In this document: positions 27,187-36,747 of the stretch, piece after piece
Position numbering within the stretch: the stretch's first letter is position 1
Layout: each line of letters begins with the position of its first letter
Origin: Candidatus Moraniibacteriota bacterium
GTDB taxonomy: Bacteria; Patescibacteriota; Minisyncoccia; Moranbacterales; UBA1568
DNA: 64,000 nt
Assembly: GCA_016699425.1 (NCBI GenBank)
Contig: CP064975.1
Span: 130,979 to 194,978, forward strand
Direction: 5' to 3'
Position numbers and translations under genes: made by a program
The notes under the pieces: model-generated
What the model was told of the DNA's origin: nothing
Seen by the model: only the letters and a program-made list of their open reading frames with translations
Databases searched by the model: none

Positions 27187-28911
27187 ATGAGTATGCAAGC
27201 AACTGTGTCGAAAAGCGTTTTCACGTTCCCAAATCCGAAAACGATTGTGCCGAGGGAACGGCGCATACAACGTGCACTCGAAATGATCCCGGGTACGCTC
27301 ACTTGGGGTACGCTCATCGGAGTGATTGTGTTGTCCTTCTTTGCGCCAGTGTATGCCGCCGTGTTCATCATGGTCTTTGATACGTACTGGATCTATCGGG
27401 CGATCTATATCTCCATCTTTTCTCTCCAAGCACAATGGAATATCGCTGAGGGGAAACGGATCGACTGGCGGGAACGCTACGAGGAATCGGTGCATCCGGT
27501 AGCATATGTGGAGAAATTGAAAGCACGGATCAGGTCACTCCGGACTGAGATGAAGGCGTCGCATGGTATCGGCGAATGGAAGAAACGGCGTGGGCTCCGT
27601 CAGGCGATAGGCCGAACGAAGCGCATCCTCCGTGAGACCGAGCGGCTCATTCCGCTCGAGCCAGTCATCATGGATTGGCATGACGTGATCCACGTCGTGC
27701 TCCTCCCGACCGCGGGGGAGCCAGTCGAGGTGATCGAGCCAGCGATCGAGTCGCTCACCAAGTCACGCTTCCCGTTGGACCAGATCATCGTCCTCCTGGC
27801 GACCGAAGAGCGCGAAGACCCGGCGACTCGATTGCCGAAAGTTGAAGCGCTGCGGGCGAAATTCGGGCACTTGTTCAAAGACTTCCTCGTCACGACGCAT
27901 ATCGTGGAAACCGGCGAGATGAAGTGCAAGGCGTCCAATGCGACGTTTGCGGCAAAGGAATTGATGCAGTATCTCGACGGAAAGGGGATCGATTATAAGC
28001 GGGTGGTGTTTTCTAACTTCGACTGTGATTCAGTCATCCATCCCGAGTACTTCGCGGCCCTGACCTATCACTATACGACCAGCCCCAATCGGCTGCGTCG
28101 CGCGTATCAGCCGCTTCCTATGTACCACAACAATCTCTGGGATACGAACGCGTTCGTCCGGGTCGTCGTGACGGGGTCATCGTTCTGGCATCTGTATCAG
28201 TCGACGCGGCGCGAGATGGTGACATTTTCCTCGCACTCGGAGCCGTTTGATACGCTGGTGAAGGTCGGATTTTGGCCGGTCAACATGATTAGTGAGGACT
28301 CAGTCATTTATTGGAAATGCCTCGCCTATTTCCATGGTGACTATGAGGTACAGCCGATCCATTTGCCCGTTTCGCTCGACGCCGTGCTCGCGCCGACGTA
28401 TTGGAAGACGATCGTGAATCAGTACAAACAGAAACGACGCTGGGCTTATGGGATCGAAAATTTCCCGGTGACGATGCGCGCGATCTGGCCGGACGCCGGG
28501 ATTCGCACTAGGACCAAGCTCCGCATCATGTTTGAAATGCTCGAGGGCCACTACTCCTGGGCGACGACTTCATTCCTTCTAACCTTCCTCGGCTGGTTGC
28601 CGCTGTTCCTCGGTGGGGGCATCTTCAAAGAAAGCGTCCTCGCCCACAATCTCCCATTTTTCACGCGCACGCTCATGACACTCGGCATGTCGGGGCTGCT
28701 CGTCTCGATCCCGATGTCACTTCTGACACTACCACCGCGGCCCAAACGCTATCACTGGTCACGCAATCTCCTCATGTTTTTCCAGTGGTTCTTGGTGCCG
28801 ATCGTGGCTTTCCTCTCGGCGATCCCGGCGATTGATTCGCAGACCCGCATCCTCACCAAGCGCTACTTCGGTGAATTCTGGGTGACCGAAAAGATGCGGA
28901 AACAAGGGTAA
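27187..28911 (+). CDS. Processive family-2 glycosyltransferase (cellulose/chitin-synthase-like, polytopic)
   Basis: Multiple TM helices flank a cytoplasmic GT-A domain with D, DxD and QKRRW (QxxRW) motifs. The Met at 27187 is chosen because the ORF-track start at 27049 overlaps the GH1 gene. Confidence 0.75.
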   Translation: MSMQATVSKSVFTFPNPKTIVPRERRIQRALEMIPGTLTWGTLIGVIVLSFFAPVYAAVFIMVFDTYWIYRAIYISIFSLQAQWNIAEGKRIDWRERYEESVHPVAYVEKLKARIRSLRTEMKASHGIGEWKKRRGLRQAIGRTKRILRETERLIPLEPVIMDWHDVIHVVLLPTAGEPVEVIEPAIESLTKSRFPLDQIIVLLATEEREDPATRLPKVEALRAKFGHLFKDFLVTTHIVETGEMKCKASNATFAAKELMQYLDGKGIDYKRVVFSNFDCDSVIHPEYFAALTYHYTTSPNRLRRAYQPLPMYHNNLWDTNAFVRVVVTGSSFWHLYQSTRREMVTFSSHSEPFDTLVKVGFWPVNMISEDSVIYWKCLAYFHGDYEVQPIHLPVSLDAVLAPTYWKTIVNQYKQKRRWAYGIENFPVTMRAIWPDAGIRTRTKLRIMFEMLEGHYSWATTSFLLTFLGWLPLFLGGGIFKESVLAHNLPFFTRTLMTLGMSGLLVSIPMSLLTLPPRPKRYHWSRNLLMFFQWFLVPIVAFLSAIPAIDSQTRILTKRYFGEFWVTEKMRKQG

Positions 28912-28998
28912 ATCTGACCCTTGCGAGAATGTAGAAAACGTGCTACGATATAGTGTCGTCAATTTTGGCGTCGTGAAGTTCCTTGAGGGGGTGGAAAA

Positions 28999-29295
28999 AT
29001 GGACGAAAGGGATCAAGCCGAACTCGAAGAGTATCGGCGGCAAGAACGAGGAGGTCGCGTGCTCGCACTGGTCATCCTCGCGGCAATGGTGACATTGGTT
29101 GGCGGCTGCACCATCGCCGCATACAAGGCTGATGCCTTGTACTCGATTGGCACGGGCTTTGGGCTCGACGCCGCGAAGATGGTGCGGTACTTTTCCGCGC
29201 CGAGGCAGCTGCCTCCAGACAAACCGAGCGCTACCCCTGGCAAGTGGGAGCACGGTGGGGGAGTACCCCGTGCGGCTAAGGGCACTCGCATCTGA
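28999..29295 (+). CDS. Small membrane protein (98 aa)
   Basis: SD GAGGGGGTGG upstream of the ATG. Acidic N-terminus followed by a TM helix (VLALVILAAMVTLVGG). Confidence 0.45.
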   Translation: MDERDQAELEEYRRQERGGRVLALVILAAMVTLVGGCTIAAYKADALYSIGTGFGLDAAKMVRYFSAPRQLPPDKPSATPGKWEHGGGVPRAAKGTRI

Positions 29296-29388
29296 GTCGC
29301 CTCACCGGGAGAGAGTGGCCAGGAAAGAAAGAAGCAGCGTATCAGTCCAAGACTGGCACGCTGTTTTCAATTCCTTGAATTTGATTAT

Positions 29389-29421
29389 TCCAAGTGGATC
29401 CGTTCTTCGACGGTCCGGAGA
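29389..29421. repeat. Displaced, synonymously re-coded copy of the recG 3' end (direct repeat of 30506-30538)
   Basis: 31/33 nt identical to the true recG terminus. Read on the minus strand it still encodes ...TVEERIHLE-stop, using GAA/TAA where recG has GAG/TAG. Confidence 0.7.
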
Positions 29422-29426
29422 AAGAA

Positions 29427-30449
29427 TCAGATCGGGTAGCTGTTGATCACTTTGAGAAACCGCTCCTCGGTCTCGGGAGTGATGGCATCAAGGAATTTAT
29501 TCATATCGTTATCGAGTCCCGTGTCTGCTACATAATGCTCGCGGGCGTGTTTCAAATGCGTAGCAGTAAACTGTTCATCGGCAACGAAACCGAAATAGTT
29601 TTTCAATTGAGACATTCTTTCGACGATTTCATCGGCCTGGAGAATATAATTTCGTTTGCCCGCTATGGCTTCCGGATCGAGCGCCTGTTTTATTTCAGTT
29701 GACATCTGTCCGGAGAATTTTCTTACGGCGTGACCCTTCTCGTGCGCTTCAATGATATTCTTTTGTCTGGGTGTAAGGGGCATGTTCTCCCGTGTCGAAG
29801 CGTCGGAAAATACGACACCTGAATGAATAAGTTCATCTTTGCTTGTTTGAGCATCGATTCTGTGTTGAGATACCCCCAATGCTTTTTCTGTTTTCCCATA
29901 TTCGCTCGCCTTGCCCACGCCTGTCGCCTGGAATCTATCCCGTACGCGCGCTGAAAAATCTTGAACCTGCTGTTTCTGGAAAGAGAGAAACTGGTCCGCT
30001 TTATCTAGCGGCCCGGGTTCCTCGTCGGGAAACGAGTCTGCATGGGTCGCGAAAGTACCTTCCAGCTTCATCTGGGTTGCAGGGTGGAGAAGCCGTTCGT
30101 GCAACAAGAGTGTCCAATCGCCGGGATAATTCGCCTCTGCTTCAACGATCTTTGCTTCCACTTCCAGTATCCGCTTCTGGGTTATCGTTTGGGCAGGTGA
30201 ATTTGCGACGCTTCCCTCTAGTCCTAGTGTGGTGCGGGCAGTTGTGAGAGCGGCCTGAGTTTCTTCATAAGTAACTTTCGTGGCATCAAGTCCCTTTTTG
30301 AGCATCTCGATTTTCTGAGTTCTCGCGCCCAGTACTGCTGGGTCATCGACGACGGAGGTGAGTGGTTTTTGCTCGACTGCTTCCGGTGGGGCCTGCTCTT
30401 CGCTTGGAGATGGTATCTTTTCTACGGTTCCCTTTCCTTCAAAGTCCAT
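29427..30449 (-). CDS. Hypothetical protein with an HExxH (HEKGH) zinc-metallopeptidase-like motif, carried on a ~1.1-kb insertion
   Basis: 340-aa ORF with IIEAHEKGHAV. It lies between recG and the displaced copy of the recG 3' end. Confidence 0.55.
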   Translation of the reverse strand: MDFEGKGTVEKIPSPSEEQAPPEAVEQKPLTSVVDDPAVLGARTQKIEMLKKGLDATKVTYEETQAALTTARTTLGLEGSVANSPAQTITQKRILEVEAKIVEAEANYPGDWTLLLHERLLHPATQMKLEGTFATHADSFPDEEPGPLDKADQFLSFQKQQVQDFSARVRDRFQATGVGKASEYGKTEKALGVSQHRIDAQTSKDELIHSGVVFSDASTRENMPLTPRQKNIIEAHEKGHAVRKFSGQMSTEIKQALDPEAIAGKRNYILQADEIVERMSQLKNYFGFVADEQFTATHLKHAREHYVADTGLDNDMNKFLDAITPETEERFLKVINSYPI

Positions 30450-30502
30450 ACGGTGCTGTCTTTTACCTTATTGTAGTGCTTTGGTGGGGATATCTTCCTA
30501 TT

Positions 30503-32590
30503 CTACTCCAAGTGGATCCGTTCTTCGAAGGTCTGGAGGGCCCGGCGGAGAAGGGGATGACTCGCGAGTGTCGGGTCGGCGGCGAGGACGGCAGCAGCTT
30601 TTTCGCGAGCGATTTGGATGAGCTTCACATTGGACAGGTGCTCCATGGCGATGTCGGGGAGGCCGGACTGGCGCGTGCCCAGGAAGGCACCGGGACCGCG
30701 CAGTTTCAAATCAATCTCAGCGAGTTCAAAACCACTCGTGGTTTCTTCCAGTGCTTGCAGTCTCGCACTCTCAGGACTTTTGCCGTCGCTCGGAAAGAGA
30801 AAACAGTAGCTCTGCTCGCTCCCACGCCCGACGCGGCCGCGGAACTGGTGGAGCTGGGACAGGCCGAAGCGCTCGGCGCCCTCGATGAGCATCACCGCCG
30901 CATTCGGGATATCGATGCCCACCTCGACGACGGCGGTCGCGACGAGGACGTCGAGTTTTCCGTTCTTGAAAGCCTGCATGACGGCCTCTTTTTCTTTCGC
31001 CTTGAGTCGGCCGTGAACGAGTCCGAGCGAACGATCAGGGAAAATATCTTTAGCGAGGCGTTCGTGTTCGGATGTCGCGGCCTTCACCTCTTCCATCGCT
31101 TTGCTTGCTTCGACCAAGGGGAGGATGACGAAGGCCTGCCGGCCCTTCTGGATTTCCTCTTCGATGAAGGCGTAGACTTTTTCCCGGGCGGTCTCGCTCG
31201 CGGCGACACGAGTGATGATGGGCTTCCTGTCCCGAGGCATCTCATCGAGGAGAGAGAGGTCGAGATTGCCGAAGAGCGTGAGGGCGAGCGTACGCGGGAT
31301 GGGTGTGGCGGTCATGGTGAGGAAGTGCGGGATGGTCGACTCTGAACCATCTTCGCTCGCGAAGGCTTGTTCTTGGAGCCGGGCGCGTTGGGCGACACCA
31401 AAGCGATGCTGTTCATCGACGACGATGAGGGCGAGCGACTGGAAGCGAACGGCGTCCTCGAGGATGGCGTGGGTGCCGATGACGATATCCGGTATCCCGG
31501 CCTCGATCGCTTTGATGAGCGACCGGCGACTGATGGTCTCGCCCGAGAGGGTCGAAGTACTGCCGGTGAGGAGGGCGACGTTTTTTCCGAGGGGCGCAAA
31601 GAGCCGTTCAAAGGTCTGGGCGTGCTGTGTGGCCAGGACTTCGGTCGGAGCGAGGAGCGCGGATTGGTATCCGTTTTGGACAGTCGCGTACATTGCGGTC
31701 GCGGCGACGACAGTCTTGCCACTGCCGACATCGCCATTTAGGAGTCGGTTCATGGGGTGCGATTCGCGGAGGTCGGCGAGGATTTCAGCGATGGCTTTTT
31801 CCTGGGCAGCAGTCAGGGCGAAGCCGAGTGTCGTGAGGAAGGCTTGGTGGTCAGCGGGGGAGAGAGGAATATTTACAGCCTGACCCTCTGCGGCGGTGGC
31901 GCGGACGGCGAGGCTTTTCAGCTGGAGAAAAAACATCTCCTCGAAGGCGAAGCGTTTTTTGGCGAGGAGGACTTGCTTTTCGGTCTTGGGGAAATGAATA
32001 TAGGCGAGCGCAGTGCGGAGGTCGGGGAGGTGGAGGTCGGTGATGATCGCGGTATCGAGCGGATCGGGGATGGCTTTCAGTTTTCCGAAAATGGTCGCAA
32101 TCTGCCAGCGTAGGAATTTCGAGGTGAGGCCCGTCGTCTCGGGGTAGACAGGCACGAGGCGCCCTGTGTGCGTCGCGGCCCGCTCAGCTCGCTCAAAGGC
32201 CGGTGATTGTATGACGAGGCTGTCCCGGTCGCGGACGACTTTACCGGAGAGCCGGACTGTCTGCCCCTCTTTCAAGACCGTCTGTACGAAGCGCTGATTG
32301 AACCATATGGCGCGAAGCGTGCCGGTGGCATCTTCGATCGTCGCTTCGGTCAGGAGGAGTTTCTTTTTCCAGGTGCGCTCGGCCGAGAGGGTGGTGACGG
32401 TGCCTTCGACGGTGACGCGGGTGTCGGGCATCAGGTCAGCGATCGGCGTCGTGACCGAGTAATCCTCGTAACGGGCCGGGAAATGATAGAACAAGTCGCG
32501 CACCGTTTCGATACCGAGGCGCTTCAGGGCGTACCAGTGGGCCTTCTTGATCGTGGGGGAGGTGTCGAGTCGGGTCGTGAAGTCAAGCAT
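30503..32590 (-). CDS. recG: ATP-dependent DNA helicase RecG
   Basis: Wedge domain plus SF2 helicase with Walker A (GDVGSGKT), DEQH box, motif VI (QLHQFRGRVGRG) and an intact C-terminus. Confidence 0.95.
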   Translation of the reverse strand: MLDFTTRLDTSPTIKKAHWYALKRLGIETVRDLFYHFPARYEDYSVTTPIADLMPDTRVTVEGTVTTLSAERTWKKKLLLTEATIEDATGTLRAIWFNQRFVQTVLKEGQTVRLSGKVVRDRDSLVIQSPAFERAERAATHTGRLVPVYPETTGLTSKFLRWQIATIFGKLKAIPDPLDTAIITDLHLPDLRTALAYIHFPKTEKQVLLAKKRFAFEEMFFLQLKSLAVRATAAEGQAVNIPLSPADHQAFLTTLGFALTAAQEKAIAEILADLRESHPMNRLLNGDVGSGKTVVAATAMYATVQNGYQSALLAPTEVLATQHAQTFERLFAPLGKNVALLTGSTSTLSGETISRRSLIKAIEAGIPDIVIGTHAILEDAVRFQSLALIVVDEQHRFGVAQRARLQEQAFASEDGSESTIPHFLTMTATPIPRTLALTLFGNLDLSLLDEMPRDRKPIITRVAASETAREKVYAFIEEEIQKGRQAFVILPLVEASKAMEEVKAATSEHERLAKDIFPDRSLGLVHGRLKAKEKEAVMQAFKNGKLDVLVATAVVEVGIDIPNAAVMLIEGAERFGLSQLHQFRGRVGRGSEQSYCFLFPSDGKSPESARLQALEETTSGFELAEIDLKLRGPGAFLGTRQSGLPDIAMEHLSNVKLIQIAREKAAAVLAADPTLASHPLLRRALQTFEERIHLE

Positions 32591-32723
32591 AGTCGGGAGT
32601 GTTCATGGCTCCAGTATAGCGTATGAAAAAAAAGAACCCTGAAACCGCGGATGCGGCCAGGGCCTGAAGTCTGCGCTGTACGACGCAGAGGGGAGGGAGG
32701 GAAGCGCGGTTGGAATGCTGCCG

Positions 32724-33185
32724 CTACCGTGATGCGCGGCGTGAAACGTGCTCTTTGTTCCGGCGATTGATCGCCGGGAGTGAAGTGGTTGTCGACGTCG
32801 AGACGTCGGGGATGTTGAACTCAAGTTCGTTCATGAGACCGTCGAAGTGTGGCTTTGTGGGCGCTTCGGTCATGGATGCCTGGCGGATGGTAACCTGTGG
32901 GCCATCGAATGTGAGTGAATACCTCGGTTTGAGTTTTCCACCCGGACTGGAAAGATTGAACTTTTCAACCAGTTGATTGAGCCTCTGTTGCTGCTCCAGA
33001 GAGAGTACGTCCTCGAACGTTACAATGCACAAGCGTGCATTGAACCTGTCAAAAGCAGTTGAATCTGTAACCGTTGGTAACGTCATTTTCTTTCTTGCCC
33101 CCATAAAAGTATTGAGGCGCATTCCCTGTTCCCTTATATTTTTAAACAACGTCCCTATGGTACTGGATAAATGAGAGTTCGTCAA
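32724..33185 (-). CDS. Hypothetical protein (153 aa)
   Basis: Moderately plausible ORF. No motif recognised. Confidence 0.4.
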   Translation of the reverse strand: MTNSHLSSTIGTLFKNIREQGMRLNTFMGARKKMTLPTVTDSTAFDRFNARLCIVTFEDVLSLEQQQRLNQLVEKFNLSSPGGKLKPRYSLTFDGPQVTIRQASMTEAPTKPHFDGLMNELEFNIPDVSTSTTTSLPAINRRNKEHVSRRASR

Positions 33186-33257
33186 GGGTAAATCGAGTAA
33201 AAAATTCCCGCCGCAGAGGGTGTTGCATCTCTGGGCGGGGGAGTTCCTGTGTCGGCG

Positions 33258-33653
33258 TTATTGCTTCAACAGAGGCGTGGCGCTGACATATATCGGTCGG
33301 TTATCGTCAGTTTCTTCGACGATGGGACATTGACCGTGACCAAGAAACGGTAGGTCTCCGTCTGGGGATTCGTAGCCGAAATGTTTGGCTACTGCCTTGA
33401 AGTCCTCTTGTCCTAGAGGAAGTTTCTTTAGTGGTCTTAGGAGGACGACAGCACCATGGAAATCAGGTGAAAACGTCGGCCCTTTCTTCTGGAGGACATA
33501 GGCGCCGAGCGAACTGAGCACGATGCCTTGTTCAGTTGATTCGAGGTCTCGATCAAAGTGGAGGTGGAGCGCCAAGCATCCGGTGCTCCGATGCTGAAGG
33601 CCAGCATGGCGCACAGCGGGGAGTCTGGAATACATGGAGGAGTCTCCTTTCAT
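33258..33653 (-). CDS. Hypothetical protein (about 125-131 aa)
   Basis: ORF with internal candidate starts. No motif recognised. Confidence 0.4.
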   Translation of the reverse strand: MKGDSSMYSRLPAVRHAGLQHRSTGCLALHLHFDRDLESTEQGIVLSSLGAYVLQKKGPTFSPDFHGAVVLLRPLKKLPLGQEDFKAVAKHFGYESPDGDLPFLGHGQCPIVEETDDNRPIYVSATPLLKQ

Positions 33654-33767
33654 CTGTGGGGTTGAAAATATTCTTGTTTTTAACGAGCGCCATCACTATA
33701 GCCGAGAAAAGGCGCTTCGTCAAGGTTTCGGTTTGAATCCCGCTCGGCGGGGTGTTAGCATAGGTGC

Positions 33768-34598
33768 ATGCCAAAAGCGTATTGGAACGGAAGCTATTGC
33801 GATGAGTCAGCCATCCATATCAGCCCGCGAGACCTCGGCCTCTTGCGCGGGTATGCGGTGTTTGACGTGATGCCGGTGTACCGGGGCCGCCCCTTTCATA
33901 CTGATCGGCACTACGCGCGGCTCGCTCGTTCGGCCGAGACGCTCCGTCTCCAGTTGCCGGTGGATGCCGCCGCATTTACCGTGATCGCGACTGAATTGTC
34001 CCAACAAGCGGGTTTGACCGAAGCGACCATCCGCACCGTCCTCTCGGGTGGCTCGAGTGAAAATGGTTTTCGGCCGGCGTCGGGCCGAGAGAATTTTTTC
34101 ATGCTCGTCGAATCAGTCCATGCGCCGCACCCATCGACCTATCAAGACGGCGTGCGGCTCATCACACTCGAATACGGACGCTCCTTGCCGCAGGTGAAAT
34201 TCGCCAATCATGCAATAGCGATCCAGGATCTGGGCAGACGAGATGCAGCTGGTGCATACGAGACGTTGTATGTGAACGGAGGAATGGTCTCGGAGTGTTC
34301 GCAGAGCAATCTCTTTTGGGTTCGGGATGGTCAGATCGGCACGACTTGGGATGATGTGCTCTGGGGGATCACACAGGGATTGGTGATGGAGTTGGCGGCA
34401 GCGCGGGGGAACGCTGTCAGGAAAACCTCTATCACCCTCGAGGAATTATTTCAAGCCGATGAAATTTTCATTACGGGTAGTAGTAAAGCGCTCGTCCCAG
34501 TCGTCGAGATCGACGGTCGGAAAATTGGGAACGGTACGGTCGGATCGATTACACGAGAACTGATGGTGGCGTATCGGGAGTATTGCGTGAAGTATTGA
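33768..34598 (+). CDS. Class IV aminotransferase (branched-chain or D-amino-acid aminotransferase family)
   Basis: 276 aa with fold-type IV hallmarks (RGYAVFD, ETLYVNGG, EIFITGS). Confidence 0.75.
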   Translation: MPKAYWNGSYCDESAIHISPRDLGLLRGYAVFDVMPVYRGRPFHTDRHYARLARSAETLRLQLPVDAAAFTVIATELSQQAGLTEATIRTVLSGGSSENGFRPASGRENFFMLVESVHAPHPSTYQDGVRLITLEYGRSLPQVKFANHAIAIQDLGRRDAAGAYETLYVNGGMVSECSQSNLFWVRDGQIGTTWDDVLWGITQGLVMELAAARGNAVRKTSITLEELFQADEIFITGSSKALVPVVEIDGRKIGNGTVGSITRELMVAYREYCVKY

Positions 34599-34602
34599 GA
34601 AT

Positions 34603-34648
34603 GTGTCCCCGCGTGGAGTCCCTGTCTGCCGACAGGCAGGGAACCACG
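34603..34648 (-). pseudogene. Duplicate of the last ~25 nt of tRNA-Arg(CCG) with a family hairpin inserted in its T-loop
   Basis: GTGTCCCCGCGTGGAGTC at 34603-34620 is an exact copy of 34663-34680. It is followed by CCTGTCTGCCGACAGGCAGG and then AACCACG. Confidence 0.6.
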
Positions 34649-34664
34649 ATACGATACTGCTTGG

Positions 34665-34736
34665 TGTCCCCGCGTGGAGTCGAACCACGGTCTCTTCCTT
34701 CGGAGGGAAGTGTCCTATCCGTTGAACTACGGGGAC
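34665..34736 (-). tRNA. tRNA-Arg (anticodon CCG)
   Basis: Acceptor GTCCCCG/CGGGGAC, anticodon stem CTTCC/GGAAG, loop CTCCGAA, T-arm with TTCGACT loop. Confidence 0.8.
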
Positions 34737-34809
34737 GGAAAAATTGAAATATATCTACTTGGTCTGACTGGAATCCCAGCCCGTAGAAGCTACGCTTCAA
34801 GCGTTGCTG

Positions 34810-34890
34810 GCGGGGAACCACGATTTCATCCTTCGGAGGTATGTGCCTCCCGCCCGAACGACGGACATCGTTCAGTCGGGCGGGTATCCA
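34810..34890 (-). pseudogene. Degenerate pseudo-copy of the tRNA-Arg(CCG) T-arm/anticodon region with a long imperfect hairpin
   Basis: GAACCACGATTTCATCCTTCGGAGG parallels tRNA GAACCACGGTCTCTTCCTTCGGAGGG. It continues into the palindrome CCCGCCCGA...TCGGGCGGG. Confidence 0.45.
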
Positions 34891-35069
34891 TTATACGACG
34901 AGCGCGAAGTACGACAGAGTATTTTCTTAAACAGAAACACAAAAACCCTATCACACATCGTGACCGAAAGGCAAACTGATTGTAACACAGAGGGATGTTT
35001 TTTCGATTGACAGCTCTGGACAGATGGGAGATAGTTGTCACGTGACATATTTCAAGGAAGGAGAAAATC

Positions 35070-35264
35070 ATGCGTGTGTTGGAGCGTCCGCGTGGTCGTC
35101 CGTGCGGTATTCTCGAGTTACTCTCTGGTGGTGTAGGAAAATCGACGCCAGAGTTACTCGAACAGGGAGTCCGTGTCCTAGTCCCTCCGCGAGAGAATAA
35201 TACAGGAGGGAGACTGAGTCAGTCCTTTGATCCCGATCGATGGGAGCAGGTAGCCGCTCAGTAA
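35070..35264 (+). CDS. Small hypothetical protein (64 aa)
   Basis: Strong SD AAGGAAGGAG 7 nt upstream of the ATG. Basic product. Confidence 0.35.
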   Translation: MRVLERPRGRPCGILELLSGGVGKSTPELLEQGVRVLVPPRENNTGGRLSQSFDPDRWEQVAAQ

Positions 35265-35366
35265 TAAGCAGTATCGGTGGCCTAGAGGCGCTTGAGGGAT
35301 TCCCTTTGGCGCCTCTCTCTATATCCATACATCCCGTCGAGCACAGTCCTGTGGCGCGTGTTTGAG

Positions 35367-36569
35367 CTAATGTTCGGGGACAAGGGTGGACCGGTCTTGG
35401 TAGAGGTAGAGATAGAGGTAAAAGGGGAGAAGTACTGCTACGAATAGAATGGCGATGCACAGAAATCCCAGTCGATAGGAGAGATGCTGAATCGCGAAAC
35501 CGAGTCCGAAACTGGCCACGGCGGTGACGGCCATGTCAATCTGTCCGGGTATGGAGAGGAGGGTTGCTTTGAACCGACTGTCCTTGATGATTTCGACGAG
35601 AAAGCTGGTACCGACCTGGCTCAGTCCCCATTGGAAGGCATTGATAGTGAGGAAGAGCGTCACGACAACCCAAGGGGAAGCGATGATCCCCAGGAGGAGG
35701 AGTTGGAACGCAAAGATGATCAACAGAAAAGCTTGGAAGTTGTAAATATCTCTGAAAGCCGTATGCAGTTTGCCGCTGTAGGCGAGCATCAGTGAAGCGA
35801 GTGCGCGGCCGATACCAAAGAAAACGCCGAACCAGATCACGGGGACCTCGAGTAATGATTGGTATGGGGCGCGGAATACCCCGACCGATACGAGAGTCCC
35901 AGTGATGATTCCCATGAAAATGGCGTGTCGAAAGTATCGCAAACGGAAACCCTCTCGGAGGACATCTCGAAAGTTTGTCACGCCCATTTCCTCGACATGT
36001 TCGGGGGTGACGGGTGGTTTGATCAGGGAGAAAGAAATGATCAAACCGATCACATCCAAGATGAGTCCGACCAAGAAAGGGAGCTTGTAGCTGAATTCGA
36101 CCAAGAAGGGGACGAGCACCATCAGGACGACGGGTACGGCAAATCCGAGCGAACTCGCTTTCCCCATCACTTTTGAATATTCCTTTTCTCGTCCCAGGGC
36201 ACGGAGCGTTTCGTGCATGAAGGCGCTGCCGGTGCCACTATGAAACGCCTGACTGAGACTGAGGAAAACTCCGCCCAAGATGAGGAGGTATACATGGTTG
36301 GCGATGAGGAGGAAAAAAGAGGAGAGCACCATAAAGACTCGGGCGACGATGAGGGTTTCCTTGTGTCCGAGCTTGTCTGCGAAATATCCACTAGGTACTT
36401 GAAAGAGGAAACCAGCAATGCTTCCGATGAGCAGTATGGTGCCGATCCATTGAGGGGTGACTTCGGGGATAGTGAGATAATAGGCACCCAAGATTGCCAC
36501 GAAAACACGCTTATTCGTGATGAGGATAAGCGTGTACTTCCAAATGTTACTCTGGAGTCCGGATCGCAT
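35367..36569 (-). CDS. MFS-family transporter
   Basis: About 12 TM helices. The start is placed at the Met at 36569 because the longer ORF (to 36626) would overlap tRNA-Arg(GCG). Confidence 0.7.
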   Translation of the reverse strand: MRSGLQSNIWKYTLILITNKRVFVAILGAYYLTIPEVTPQWIGTILLIGSIAGFLFQVPSGYFADKLGHKETLIVARVFMVLSSFFLLIANHVYLLILGGVFLSLSQAFHSGTGSAFMHETLRALGREKEYSKVMGKASSLGFAVPVVLMVLVPFLVEFSYKLPFLVGLILDVIGLIISFSLIKPPVTPEHVEEMGVTNFRDVLREGFRLRYFRHAIFMGIITGTLVSVGVFRAPYQSLLEVPVIWFGVFFGIGRALASLMLAYSGKLHTAFRDIYNFQAFLLIIFAFQLLLLGIIASPWVVVTLFLTINAFQWGLSQVGTSFLVEIIKDSRFKATLLSIPGQIDMAVTAVASFGLGFAIQHLSYRLGFLCIAILFVAVLLPFYLYLYLYQDRSTLVPEH

Positions 36570-36584
36570 GATACAAATAAATGG

Positions 36585-36657
36585 TGCGCTCGGCAGGAAT
36601 CGAACCTGCGACCCTCTGGACCGCAACCAGATGCTCTATCCACTGAGCTACGAGCGC
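36585..36657 (-). tRNA. tRNA-Arg (anticodon GCG); CCA encoded (to 36582)
   Basis: Acceptor GCGCTCG/CGAGCGC, D-arm GCTC-AGTGGATA-GAGC, anticodon stem TCTGG/CCAGA, loop TTGCGGT, T-arm GCAGG-TTCGATT-CCTGC. Confidence 0.75.
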
Positions 36658-36747
36658 AAAAAAAGAGTCGAGAACGAAGAATCTTGAATCTGGGTTATCG
36701 TCTCTCTTTCGAAATTCTAGATTCTACACTCTAGACCCTTTCGAGAA

